A stretch of 64,000 nt of DNA from Geosiphon pyriformis uo1. Lineage: Eukaryota; Fungi; Glomeromycota. Position 1 is the stretch's first letter; every line of letters begins with the position of its first letter. The stretch spans positions 408,884-472,883 of the forward strand of contig JAAOMT010000752.1 in NCBI GenBank assembly GCA_016748015.1, in the 5' to 3' direction. Of this stretch, positions 1 through 12,706 are shown piece by piece. The position numbers and the translations under genes were made by a program. The notes under the pieces are model-generated. The model ran no database searches. It was not told the DNA's origin and saw nothing but the letters and a program-made list of their open reading frames with translations.

Positions 1-2800
1 ATCAATTATATTTCAATTAGAAATGCAAATTCTATTAATTAAATTTAAAAATATCCTACAAGATCTGAAACCAATTATCATAATCAAACATAATTTATAA
101 TTAAAAAAATTAAATCATACAAAAAAATATATAAATACTAAATAATTAAAAAAAAAGCAAAAAAAAACAACTTAAACATAAATTTTTTAGATAATATCTT
201 AAAACTGCTATAATAACTGTTTAAAACAATTCAACAATCTAAAATACCAATAGAAATTACAATTAATAAAAAAAGATATGATAGAAAAATACAAACAAAA
301 AAAAAAAAACAAAAATTTAACTAAAACTAAATGTTTTCAGTTTTACAAAAAATTAAAAGAAAAAAAAAATTACATATATCAAGACAATTGAGGAAATTAA
401 AAAAGCTTTATACAACTTAACTATAAAACCAAACATAAAAAATAAATATTAAATATTTTTACAAAATAGAAAAAAAACTTTTACTAATATACTAGTTTTT
501 TAAAATTAAAAAAAAACTAGATCTATAAACATCATATATAAACAACAACAAATAACTATTCAACAAAAATACTTTTTAACAAATAAAAAAATTATAAGAA
601 AAACAATATATTAACTATATTTAGTATTTAAATACTGTTTAACCATATTATTAAACAGTATTTTAAGCATAATTACAATAAACAACATTGAATAAATAAC
701 AAATTTTCAATTTTAAACATAATAAAAAACAATATTCAATATAATACTAAAATATTATATAAAAAAAACAATTTTTAAAAATACATATGATTTTACAGAA
801 GCTCAATTCTAAAAAAATAATGTTATCCAAATAAAAAAAACAATTTAAATAATTAGAAAAAAAATATAATTAATATGTAAAAACACAAAATAATGTAAAA
901 TAACATAAAATAACACAAAATAACAAAAATAATACAAAATAACACAAAATAATTAATATTAGCAAAAAATAATTAGTTATAACATAAAAAAACAAAACAA
1001 TAACTAAAATAACAAGTAATAATTAGCAACAGTAAACAATTAAAAACAATTTTATAGAACTAAAAAATATGTATAAAAAAGTAGTTTTAACAAATAGAAA
1101 CAAAACAGACCAAACAAAAATCAAAGTAAAATTTATATTTTATTTTTAATATTAGATTTTTTTTTATTAAATTTATATTTTTAACTTATAGAATAAAATA
1201 CTATTATTATAATTTAATTAATTATTTGTTTACTTTTATTTCAGATCAAATGCAATTAGCATAAATATTTTTGGAACTTTAATAACTTAGACTAATTATT
1301 CTTAATTATAATAATTAATAAATATCAACTTTTTTATTCTTTATTCTTTTTTTATTTTTTTATTTTTTTTTGTGAAACAACAACATTGAAAATTGATTAT
1401 CTGAAAATAGATTTTGTAATAGTTAAATAAAAAAAAAGTTCTACTTAAGTTTTAATATTAACTTTATCTTATTAGCTTACTAAGATAGTAAAAAAACATT
1501 ACTAAACTTTAGTAACTATACTTAATTAATTTGGAGATAAATATAACTACAACAATCTAACTATAAAAACACTATTTTTGTAACTTATAACCAAAAAACT
1601 TAATGAATAGAACTTTAAATTAAAAAATTTTCAAAGACTAATAATTAATTTAATTAATAAAGCCAATTTATCTGCTTTTAACCAGCTCTTATTATTTAAT
1701 AATAAGAATTAAATATTATATTTATATTCTATTAAGTTTATTTATAATAGTGTTTAAAAGTCTATTTTAAAAGTAAAAATAAAAATATTCTAAAAAAGTT
1801 TATAAAAAAACCATAACTAAAATATTTAATCAAATTTTTAACAATGTAATATTTTTAAATAAATTGTTATTACTATTTATTTTTGAGTAAAAACCAGTTT
1901 TAGTGTAAATTTTATAAGAAAAAATAATTAAATTTATATTTAAAACACAAAAACAAATTAAAATCAGATAATAAATTATTTAATTAAAGTATAATCAAGA
2001 TTTTTTAAAAAAATTATTGAAAAATATGGTATTCAAAAGTTTATTTTGAAAACAAAAATAAAGAAATTATAAAAAAGTTCATAAAAAAAACATAATTAAA
2101 ATATTTAATTAATTAAATACTATTATTGAAACCAAATTTTTAATAATATAATATTTTTTATTACTTAATTAATACTATAATAAAGACAAAATTAAGTAAT
2201 AAAAACTACCAACTTATTTGTTAAAATAAAACATAATGTAAAATATTAATAATATGTTTTTAAAAATTAGAATATATTAAAAAATTTAGAAAGCTAATAA
2301 TAAATATATAATATATTTTGAATATTAATAAAAATTATTTAGAGTTTTAAAAAAAGAAAAAAAAACCATATAAAAATAATAATTAATTATTTACTATAAA
2401 GCTATAAGAAAAAGTTGGTTTAATATAAAACTAATACTTTTTTTTAATTTATAAAAAACTTTATATATAGCTAAATTACATAAAATTTACATACTATTTT
2501 AAAACTATTTTAGATACATTAATTATTTATATATATTAAATTAATTAATTTAATTGTAAGCTTATTTAGCATATTATTTTTTTAGATGTTAGTATTTTAA
2601 ATAATTAGATTTAAATAAGTAAATTTAAAACTATAATTATAATCAATATAATCAAATATAAATTAATTGATTATATTTCTTAATAATTATTTTTAAATAA
2701 CAATTGCAAATCTGAAATATTAAACTGTATAAATAAGAACATATGAAAATTTTAAAACATAAAAAAATTTGTTGTTATTAAATTATATATATTAATGTTT
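1..2800. other. Extremely AT-rich, CpG-free tract, probably decayed repeat/TE relic
   Basis: No ORFs and almost no G/C; internal imperfect duplication (~1750-1860 vs ~2030-2160). Family not identifiable by eye. Confidence 0.4.
881..950 (+). repeat. Degenerate 10-bp minisatellite (~AACACAAAAT)
   Basis: aaacacaaaa taatgtaaaa taacataaaa taacacaaaa taacaaaaat aatacaaaat aacacaaaat. Confidence 0.6.
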
Positions 2801-2819
2801 TTTTAATTTGTCAAAATAT

Positions 2820-5173
2820 TTTTGAATTTAATTTAATATGATTTGCCAATTTTAGTTGTCAAGAGTGAGGAGTCTCATAGATATCTTGGTATTTTTTTGT
2901 CTTTTGAGAATCTGTCCAAGCCAAGCACAGTAAAAACTCACTCAGATATCAGATTTTTTGTCAATTTGGTTTTGAGAAAAGCAATTTCAAAGAAGCAATA
3001 TTTTTATTTAGTTTTAATTGTGCTTTAACCAATAATTATTTACAGAATTCAGCTTAGTTTTATTTTTAAAAGTGTCTGTATTAAGTAAGATACAATGGTT
3101 AAAAAGAGTCTAAAGATAAAAGCTGGCCTTCCTAAGGACTTTTTTAATAAAGCTTTTTATTATCCTTCATTGTATAACTTAAAATCTTTCAAATAATTGC
3201 AGACTGAATGCAAACTGGTTTTTGTGTTGGGTTTCTCAAATGTTAATAAGATTCTTAGTAGTTTATTCAATTATAGGTCTTTGGACCTGCAGATTTTGGA
3301 TTGGTTTCCTGTTCATCTATTGTGTCACTCTGTAAGATTGTAAATCAGTTCAATTAGCAATTTTTTAGCTAGTATGATTTGGATTTTTTCAGATTGTAAT
3401 ATGTTCCTGGGCAATATTAATTTGTCTGCATTTTGCTTTTCTGATAACACTCTAATGTTTTTTGTTTTGGGAGATTTGATGTTTTATAATGTCTTATATT
3501 TACTTAGAAGGTTTGGAATTGCTTTTATTGAACAGTTGTATACCAAAAAAAATTTGATTTTTAATTGGAAAAATTTTTGTTGGAAGAAACTTGACCTGAA
3601 AGATCCAATTTCTGGCTGGTTTGGCTTAGCATATAATTTTTTGAATTGGAATTTTGTTTCTACTGAATCACCTGCTGTTTTCTTTTGGTCTTTGTTCATA
3701 TGTAATTCTGATAGTATTTCTGAGATAAATAGAGATTTTGTCATCTTTAGTCTGAAAGTATTTGATGTCTATACAGATAGGTCTCTAAAAAACTTGGGCA
3801 CACATGAAATGAGATGTGGAACTGCTGCTTATTTCTTTGATCTGAGTTTGGGTGTTGGCATTAAAGTTGAGAAACTGGTTTTATCTATGTTGACAGAATT
3901 GCAGGCAATTATTCTAGTTCTGAAGTGTATTTTTTTTGGCAGCACAGTTATAGTGTATTTAGACAGTCAAGCTGCCTTAGATGCTTGTGTTTTTGAGTCT
4001 ATTTTGGCTCTGTCTGATTATCATAATTAGTGTTAAATGGAATGACAAAGGGTTGTAATGTCTATTAAAGATAAAAGACTTAGCATTTCTTGGTATAAGA
4101 TCAAAAGGCATTTTGGTTTCTTAAACAATAAGCATACTGACAAACTGGCTGGCTTGGCTGCTGATTCTAATTTGGTGTTTTCTGTTCTGATTGATAATAA
4201 ATTTGTTAAGACTGGTAGAATAACTGTGTCTAATAATATTTGTTATCTTGCTTGGCATATTTATGGTGCTGTGTATTGTACATATTGAAAGATCAAATCT
4301 AACTCTGGTGTTATTAACATAGATCTTGTTGGTAATATAGATTGGACTTGTATTTTTTCTGTTTGGCATCCCGATTCTTACATGGCAGCTGGATTTACAA
4401 ACAAGCCTATGGCCAGTCTGTGCTTATATTTTATAAAGACTGTGCACTACTGCCTACTAGTTGCTGTATAAAAACATTTGTATAATAAAGAGTATTTGAG
4501 TGTTGTGTGTCTTCATTGTGAAGAGGTAAAAAGTTTTGACTATTTTTTTGTGTGTCTGTTAGACTTTGCTATTTGTGGCAATTTGTTCACATTTTGTTTA
4601 GATTGGTGACATGTTGTATCTGATTTAATTCTGTCAGAGTTTCAGGTTTTACAGACAATCTCTTTGTGTATCTCTAATAATCATTTGTATACTATCTTAT
4701 ATAAAAGATTTTTGTTTAAAAATTGGTATTTGGAGATGATGTCAATTTTTGGTGATGTAAAGTCAGCTGGTAGAAATGTTATTGATTTTGTTTGTAGTAT
4801 AAAAGTTGCTTATCATACTAACATATAGTTGATTAAAGCTAAATATAAAGCATTTATAGAAAAGAAAGATTTATTTACACATGATAGCTTAGTGCCTTCC
4901 ATAGTTTGTGGTTTTTTATCTTTACTTTCTATTGGAGTTATTAGGTTGCTTGAATTAGCAAAAGCATTTGGTGTTTGCTTTGGATTCTGTAAACTCTGTA
5001 ATTTTTTTTCTGGTATTGATTGTGTAGTATTAGTTAAGATAAACTCATAGTGTTGCTCTGATTAGTCTGAATGACTGGTTATGTGTAGGAAATACATGAT
5101 TTGAGATTATTTAATTTAATGTATTGTGCTAAGTAGTATTTGGGTCTTGCTCATTAAATGAATAAAAAAAAAA
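2820..5173 (+). mobile_element. 5'-truncated, degenerate LINE: RT C-terminus (YLG thumb), RNase H, Cys-rich domain, 3' UTR, poly(A)
   Basis: HRYLGIFLS (2843 ORF). RNase H motifs VYTDRS, TELQAI, YLDSQAALD (3374 ORF) and WYKIKRHFG..NKHTDKLA (4058 ORF). CLHC...FVC near 4507-4555. ORF2 ends at 5050; A-tail 5164-5173. Many stops and frameshifts. Confidence 0.85.
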
Positions 5174-5199
5174 TTTAATTAAACAATTAAATTATGCCA

Positions 5200-8030
5200 T
5201 ATTTTTTTGTTATAATATTAATTATTTTTTTTATTTTTTATTTACTAACTAATTTTGTTAATTAAACATAATAATATAGGTCTTTTTTATATAATTTTAA
5301 TAATAATTTTTATAATATATGTTGTAATTTTTATATTAAAAAAACCATAAAAATTTCTGATAATAATATTCATAAAATATAATTACTTCTTAATATTAGT
5401 ATCTAAAAAATTGTATTTTTATTTATTTTTATTAGTCTGTTTCTTTATTAAACTTAATTATATATTTAAAAAACTATTTAAACTTACTAAAACAAAAATT
5501 ATTTTATAATTAATGTTAAAAAAGTTATAAGTGTTTAAAATATTATAATTAATTAAAGCATTATTTAATGAAATTAATATAATATATAATCTATAGTCTT
5601 TTTAATTCTTTAAAAATTATTTTAAATTGTTAATTTGGGCAAAAAAAATTTAAATAAAGTAATAATTAAACTATAATTTAAATATTTTTTGTAATTAATT
5701 AACTATTTAACTTTATTTTTATTAAAGTTATTATTTAAAATCATAAAAATACTCTTATTAATTGTTTTAGCAATAAGTAAATTAATTGTATTAGTCTAAT
5801 TTACATATACTTTTAAAGAAATATTTGCATACAATTCTAAAACTAAAGCAAAAAATTTGTTTTTAAATATTAATTTAATTAATAAAAAACATTTTAATAT
5901 CTTAATAATCTTAAAAATATGTTAAATTAATTTAATACTTATATTATTAACAATATTAAAACTCATATAACCAAATTTTAAACTTAAAGTAAATACAAAT
6001 TTTTTTTTAAATTTGTGTTTTAATTATAGTTTAATCTTACTTTTTAATTTATTTTTGTAATAATTAAGATTAAATAATTTAAACTATAATATTATTTAAT
6101 AATATTTAATTGTTTTGCCAAATTTTTTATATTTTAAACATAGTATATAGTAATTTTCTAAATAAAACTTATTATTAAAAAACAAAAATAAAGAAAAAAT
6201 CAGAACTAGTATATAATAAATTTAAGCTTCCTAAAACTAAATTAATAAAAACTTTTAAAATTATAAATTTAGTTTATAAACTATTGGTTTTAGAAGTAAA
6301 AATCTTAAAATTACTAATGTTTAAAAAAGAAAAATACTAATAAATAATAAAAATAACTTAAAAACCAACAATAAATAATATTAAAAAGATAAATTTGTAA
6401 AATATATTTAAAATCTAATTAAACTGTAACTTTAATAATTATTTAAAAACATTTATTCAGATATTTAATATTGAATCTAAATAAACAGAAAACTTAATAA
6501 TAATAATAAAAATTCAGTTTAGTTTTTTTAGAGCAAAGTTTGAATTATTTAATTTTTAGAAGAAAACTATTTAAGTTCAAAATTAATTGCTAAAAGTCAT
6601 TAAATAAACAATAAAATCTTTTTTTTTTACATACAAATAGACTTATTAGAAATAATTACTATTTAAAAAAACTTTTTAAAAACTTTTTTAAAAAATAATA
6701 AAATATTTTTAAAGAAATCATACTTTAATATAATATATTTAAACTGGTTATATTTTTTATAACAAATTATGTTTATTTTGACTTATAAAAAATTTATATA
6801 TTTAAATATTAGAATTATGTAAAACACTGATTTTAATTTACTTTTATATTTAAAGCATATAATAATATAATTTAATTTAATAGCAATATTAAATAAATAA
6901 TTAATAAAACATGTTTTTTTATTTATTTTATTTAATAAAATACTAAAATTATGGACAGTTGTATTTATATACAAAGAAAAAAAAAGTACTTTAAAACAAT
7001 TTCTAAACATTTAAGTATTGTAATTTTTAATGGTTTTGGTTATATACATTAAATTTTTTTTAATTGAAAAAGATTATTTAAAAATTAAAAAATCAGTTTG
7101 TCATAATTTAGCAAATTTTATTAAAGCTTTTTGTTATAATTTAATAAGCTGTAATTTAATTATTACTATTTGATTAAACTTAAACAAAACTGAGATAATT
7201 ATTTTTTTTAATATGTTTATAAAAATTTTTTTAATAACTATAATTTAATTTAAACAAATCTCTTATTTTTTAATATAATTATTTATTTTAATTCTTTTTT
7301 TAACAGCCAAAACCACAGTTCTATCTAAATTCTTTTTAATAGAAACATTAAATAAATAATTTTTTTAAATATTAAAAAAATAATAATTCTTTTAAATTTA
7401 TTAAAAGATAAAATTTTTTCTTGATAACTTATATTTTTGTTATAATTAATTTGTTTTTAATTACTAAAAAATTAATGTTCAATACAAAAAAATTTTGACA
7501 GAAACTTTTATAAATGTCTTTATTATTTTCAGATTATTTTATTTTTTTGTAAAAAAATATTGAAAAAAAAAGATATATTTTATTATTATTATTAGTGTTA
7601 TAAGTAAAAAAACTAAGAAAAAAATATTTATTACACTAATATTAATACGTTTGGTATTTAAAGTATTTAAAGCAGAACTTAAAAAACTTTTATTTTTTTT
7701 ATTATATCTGTAATTTTTTTCTGCTAAAAGAATACTATTATTTTTATTACTCAATTTTTTTTTATATTAAAAAATATATTAGTATTATCTAAAAGTCTAA
7801 TCAGAAACAGTTTTTTTTTATTACTTAAATATTTAAATATTATCTATTAAAACTCTTTTTTTTAAGAGAAAATACTACTTGCCAGATTATAAAAAAAATT
7901 TTTGTTTATCTATTTTTTGAACATATTATTGTCAAAAATAGTTATTAATTTTATTATAAAAATATTGTTTACTTGAAAAATTGTGAATATAAAATAAAAA
8001 CAAAATAAAAAAATAGCAGAAAAAAAACTT
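5200..8030 (-). mobile_element. Very heavily decayed 5' half of the same LINE family (ORF1 plus APE endonuclease start)
   Basis: Minus ORF 6783-7010 (FRNCFKVLFFSLYINTTVHNFSILLNKINKKTCFIN) aligns with the ORF1 motif RFKTKLVNLSSGCTAFEISNLISQVGGRTCFI at ~9820-9910. Minus strand ~6140-6320 reads like the ORF1-end/ORF2-start junction at 62820-63000. Boundaries approximate. Confidence 0.6.
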
Positions 8031-8222
8031 TTTTATTAAAATAAGCTTTTTAAAAAATTTGAAATAAATAAAAGAAAGAAGTTTTTTAATTATAATATAT
8101 AAAAATTGTATTATATATAATAATTTTTTAAATTAAAATAAATATGTTTTTATAAAAAATATATAACAAAGTAAATCTAAAATAATAAATAATAAAATTT
8201 ATAATAATCAATTATATAATAT

Positions 8223-8368
8223 AAAATCTGTAATAAATTAGTAAAACTTGTAATAGATTAACAAAATTTGTAATAAATTAATAAAATTTACAATAAATAA
8301 AATAAAACTTATAATAAAATAAAAACCTATAAATTTTATAATTATATTAAATAAAATCTGTAATAAAT
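8223..8368 (+). repeat. Degenerate ~20-bp tandem repeat (AAAATCTGTAATAAATTAAT-like)
   Basis: aaaatctgtaataaattagt / aaaacttgtaatagattaac / aaaatttgtaataaattaat / aaaatttacaataaataaaa ... Confidence 0.6.
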
Positions 8369-8595
8369 AAATATTTTTTAAACACAACAGTATTTTTTAA
8401 AAGCAATTTAATTAAAAATATTATAAAATTAATTAAATTAAATAATATAACTTTGATTAAAAAATTCAAATAAATAATATTATTTTTATTAAAACAGATA
8501 AGCTTAAAAATAAAGATCTATATTTATTATATATATTATCTTTAAGAGCAGACTAAAAATAAAAAATAAAAATAATTTTTTGTCTTTTTAATTTT

Positions 8596-10837
8596 ATGAT
8601 CACAATTAGACCAAAGAATAAAAAAGCTGCACCTAATATCTTTTCTGAGATATCTAATAAAATTTCAACCAGAAAAGCTTTTTTTATTGTAAAAGCAACT
8701 AGACAAAACGTTTTAAAAGTCTTTATTTAATCTAATAATCATGAAAAGCTGTTTTTGATAACTACTAAAGCAACTTTTTCATCTTTGGCTGGTTTTTTAT
8801 CAGTTAAAATTTTCTTAAAGAAACACACTTGGGTTAATCCCAGTGTTGTTTTTATTCCGATTAAGAGCCCAAAAGTTTTTAATAATAGACTTGTGAACAA
8901 GCTGGTTTTTCTTTCTTTAGCTTTAATACTTGATGCTGCTAGCACTATATTTTCAAAAAAAATGGTCAAAAAGACCAAAAGTTTAGAAAAGTAAAGGCAG
9001 TTGCTTGCCTTTGCTATTGATACATCAAATCCTTTTGTGGTTCCCAATGAGATCTTAGGTGAAATTTCTATAGTATTATCTAACATATTATCCAAGATGG
9101 ACCAAGATCAACTACTAGCTGTATTGCCAAATATGGTGTCTTCTGGCAGATTATTACTGGTTTTAAAAGCAAAACAATTATTTTCTGTGATGTTACCTAT
9201 TTTTGAGAACTGGGTTGACCAAATAGAAATAGAATCATTTTTTTCTCTGGTTTCTGATGCTGCTGCTAGTAGTACTTAAGAAATTATTACTAGTCATCCA
9301 AGATTTACTGAGTAAATAGTCTCTATTCTGGTACTTGGTATTACTTTCAAAATCAAATTAACTTATATTAAGGCTGTTTTTTAGTCTGTGTATGGTTTTT
9401 TGAGTGCAAAATCAGTTGTAAAAGATGGTGTAAAGCTCTTTTGTATAAAGTTTGCTTTCCAAAACTCTTTGGATGTTGCATTTTTGGTCAAGCTTACAAG
9501 CTTTATTTATCTTGCTATTCTTAAAATTGCCAAGTTTTTGGTAATTTTTGAGTCTGGCTCTTTTTTTGCTGTTATTATACTGTATAATGTGCCTTTAGGT
9601 ATGTTTATTGTTGACATTAAGACAGCTTTCAATGTTTTTGATATAATTACTTATGTTGTGCTGAAGTCTGTTGATATTTGGCAATATATGGTGGTTTATT
9701 TTGAGAAGTTAGACTTTGCTATGTCTGCTTTAAATCATTGATCAGTCTTGATAGACAAGAATAATATTAGAATCCTCTTCTTGATAAATCAAAATGAGAC
9801 TATTCTGTTTTATAATAGATTTAAGACCAAGTTAGTTAATCTTTCTTCTGGCTGCACTGCTTTTGAAATTAGTAATTTGATTTCTCAAGTTGGTGGCCGA
9901 ACATGTTTTATTTTTTACTCTCCTGATTCTAGTTGTTATATTCAGTTCTCAAGTAAATCTGAATGCTGTTGTATTTAAGACTAGTATACTGAGGAAATGT
10001 TGTATTTGGTAGAAAACTCCTAAAAATAAGTGCTGTTTTTAGTATTAAAATTTGAGTTATCTGGCTTTAAATTGTAAGGTGTCTTCACTTTTTTTTCCTA
10101 AAATTTTTAAAACTTTTATCTTTTGTATTGTTGATAGCAAGTCTTATGCCAATATTACTGCTCTTGTGCCTTTTGTGCTTTTTTGTTTTTCTGTTGGTTT
10201 GGTTTTATTTGTTGATATATTGGCTGATAATTTTGTAATTTCTTTTTGGTTGTCTTTTCTGGAGTCTAAGTTAACTAAACTTTCTGATTTGGTTAACTCT
10301 ATTGTTAAGTTTGTTGGTTTTATGGTCAAATTATTTGAACAATTTGTTAATAAAAATTTAATTTCAAGTAGTGTTCTTGGTCTTAGAATCAATGAAATTT
10401 TAGTGTATATAAGTATTTTTAGCATGACTGTTGATAAGCTGAAGCAAAAGATAATTGCTTTAAAAACTAAGTATAGCTATAAGAACATTAATATGTCTGG
10501 TCTTTATATAAGTTTGTTTTCTGTTGATGATAATATGTTTTTTAACTTAATGTTGCTTTGAAAACATAAATCTGCTGTTGTAAAGACTAATGACTTTAAA
10601 ACAGTTGAGTGGCTGATTAGTTTGGTTAGTAATAGTACTATATTGTTTAAAATTGTTTAAAAAATGTCTTTTTTGGATAAGTTTTCTTCTAAGACTTTAG
10701 CATAATGTATTTTTGATTGATCTGAGTGACTAGTCACGTGTAAAAAGTACATAATTAGTGCCTAGTTTAGATTACTTAGCTTGATGTATTGTACTAGGTG
10801 GCTTTTGGGCTGTACTTGTTAAGCAATAAAAAAAAAA
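8596..10837 (+). mobile_element. ORF1-only (gag-like) non-autonomous retroposon with LINE-type 3' tail and poly(A); degenerate
   Basis: ATG 8596. ORF pieces 8755, 9001, 9388 and 9748 share one frame; after a frameshift near 9950 reading continues in the 10052 frame to TAA 10703-10705 (~700 codons). RRM-like segments and a decayed CCHC knuckle (~10030-10075). 10706-10837 aligns to the LINE tail 5051-5173; A-tail 10828-10837. Confidence 0.75.
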
Positions 10838-12431
10838 TTTGTATAAATACTTATATGTTTAAGATTAATATTTATAATATTATTATTATTTGCAATTAAT
10901 GAGTTTGTTTTTTCTAAACTTAATTTAAATACAAAAACTCGATTTTTTTAGGATTTATTTATTGTTAATAAGTTAATATTCAAAGCAAAAGACTTTTTAA
11001 ACATTAAAAACAATTTTTTTTAAGAAAAAAACAAATAGATATTTTCAGTTATATTAGTATTATCAAAATTAATCTGTTTTATTGGTTTATTATTAATAAA
11101 TAACTAATTTTGGTGTTTTTTAAAGTTAATTCATAAAATAATTAAGAATTTTTTACTTTTATTTAAAATAAAGTTTAATTTTTTAACCAATAACTTTTTA
11201 TCTTTATAATATTAGAGACAATATATTTATTATTATAAACATTATCTATTTTACTGTTTTAAAACACAAATTAATTCAAAAATACCACCAAGTTAGCTTT
11301 AACTAATAACATTTTATTAACAAAATTTTTTAAAAACAAGATTTTAGTATTGGATTTTTTTTATTTAATTCGCCAAATTCATATTTAATATTATTTTTTT
11401 TTAAAATAAAATATATTTTTTTGCTACTTTTTTGTTTATATTACTAATAAAAACACTTATCAAATTTAATTTTATAAACAAAAATATATTAAAAAAATAG
11501 CTTGAAAAAGACATTAAATAAAAATAAATAAATATAAGATTATTTTTCAAAAATATTAATTAATAGCCAAAAAATAAAAAATTAACTTTGTATTAATATT
11601 TTTTATATTTGTAATTTTATTTTTAATAATTAAAATATTTTTAAAAAAATTAATAAAAATCATTAATTTGTTAATATTCTAATTTTACTATTATAAAAAA
11701 TAGCAAGATAAAAAAAATTAATTATTATAAAAAAGTTTATATATTATATATTTAAAATTTACAAAACAATTTTTGTTTTAGATTATTATGCTTTAAATAT
11801 TTTCAACCTGTTTATTATAAAAAATAAAGTTAATACAAATAATTAACTAATCTAAAAAAGTTTTTATTTTGTTAGAATAAAAACAAAAAACTTAATAATT
11901 TATTAAATTATAAAGATAAATAAGAAAAGAGGCAAAAATTTGCAAAATTAATCATATAAACTTTATATATAAATTGTGGTACAAAAATTGGATTTAATTT
12001 TTTATTCAATAATAATTATTTATATAAAGTAAAATAAGTATTAGTATAAAAGAAATCAATTTTTTTAAGAGAATTTTCAAAAATCTTATTATTTTACTTT
12101 TAAAAATAAAAAATACATTAATTTTTGAATATATAGTTAGAAAATATAATTTAAAATTTTTAAGTTTTGTCGCAATTTTAGGGTTTTTATAGTAAAATAT
12201 ATATATGAAAATTTTCTAATTGGTTTTATTTTAATTTTTAAAGTAAAAAATATCAAGTTTCTAAAAAATGCTTTTAAGTAACCTTAAATTTTTGTTTTAT
12301 TTGAATAATTATTTATTGTAAGATAAAAAGTTAATTCAATTTTTCCTGTACCATATTGTATTTATTATAAAATAAATAATTCATATAAAACAATATTTTA
12401 TAATTAAATTAAATAACAAAAAATATTCATT

Positions 12432-12706
12432 TCTAGACTTTAACCTACATCAGGTTAAGTTCCCTCTAATTTCTTCTGCAGTAGTCCATTTAATGAATTA
12501 ACATCTCAACTATTTATAATTATTTCGGCAATACAAGGTGGAATAAGTGGGGGAATTAATCTTAGGTCTATTCTCATTCAAAATAGCCATTATAATAATA
12601 GGATCATGAGAATAATCATGAAAAGGAGGCTTTCCTGTTGCTAATTCCTATAATAACATGAAAAACCTATAAATATCACCAGCCAAAGTGAACTTTTCTC
12701 CTCTGA
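12432..12706 (-). pseudogene. Kinase C-lobe fragment of the neighbouring TKL kinase family
   Basis: Reverse strand reads RGEKFTLAGDIYRFFMLL*ELATGKPPFHDYSHD..IMAILNENRPK, then a frameshift and PPCIAEII. Confidence 0.8.

Noticed and set aside
3484-4369. Minus-strand ORFs 3484-3744 and 4121-4369 (also 8739-9095, 10144-10425)
   Set aside because: Antisense shadows of decayed retroelement ORFs, with no motifs of their own.
5067-5100. Hammerhead-ribozyme-like CTGA..GA / GAAA in the LINE tail
   Set aside because: Spacing is CUGA-NN-GA, there is no stem III or cleavage triplet, and the second copy has AAAG. A simple 12-bp hairpin explains both copies better.
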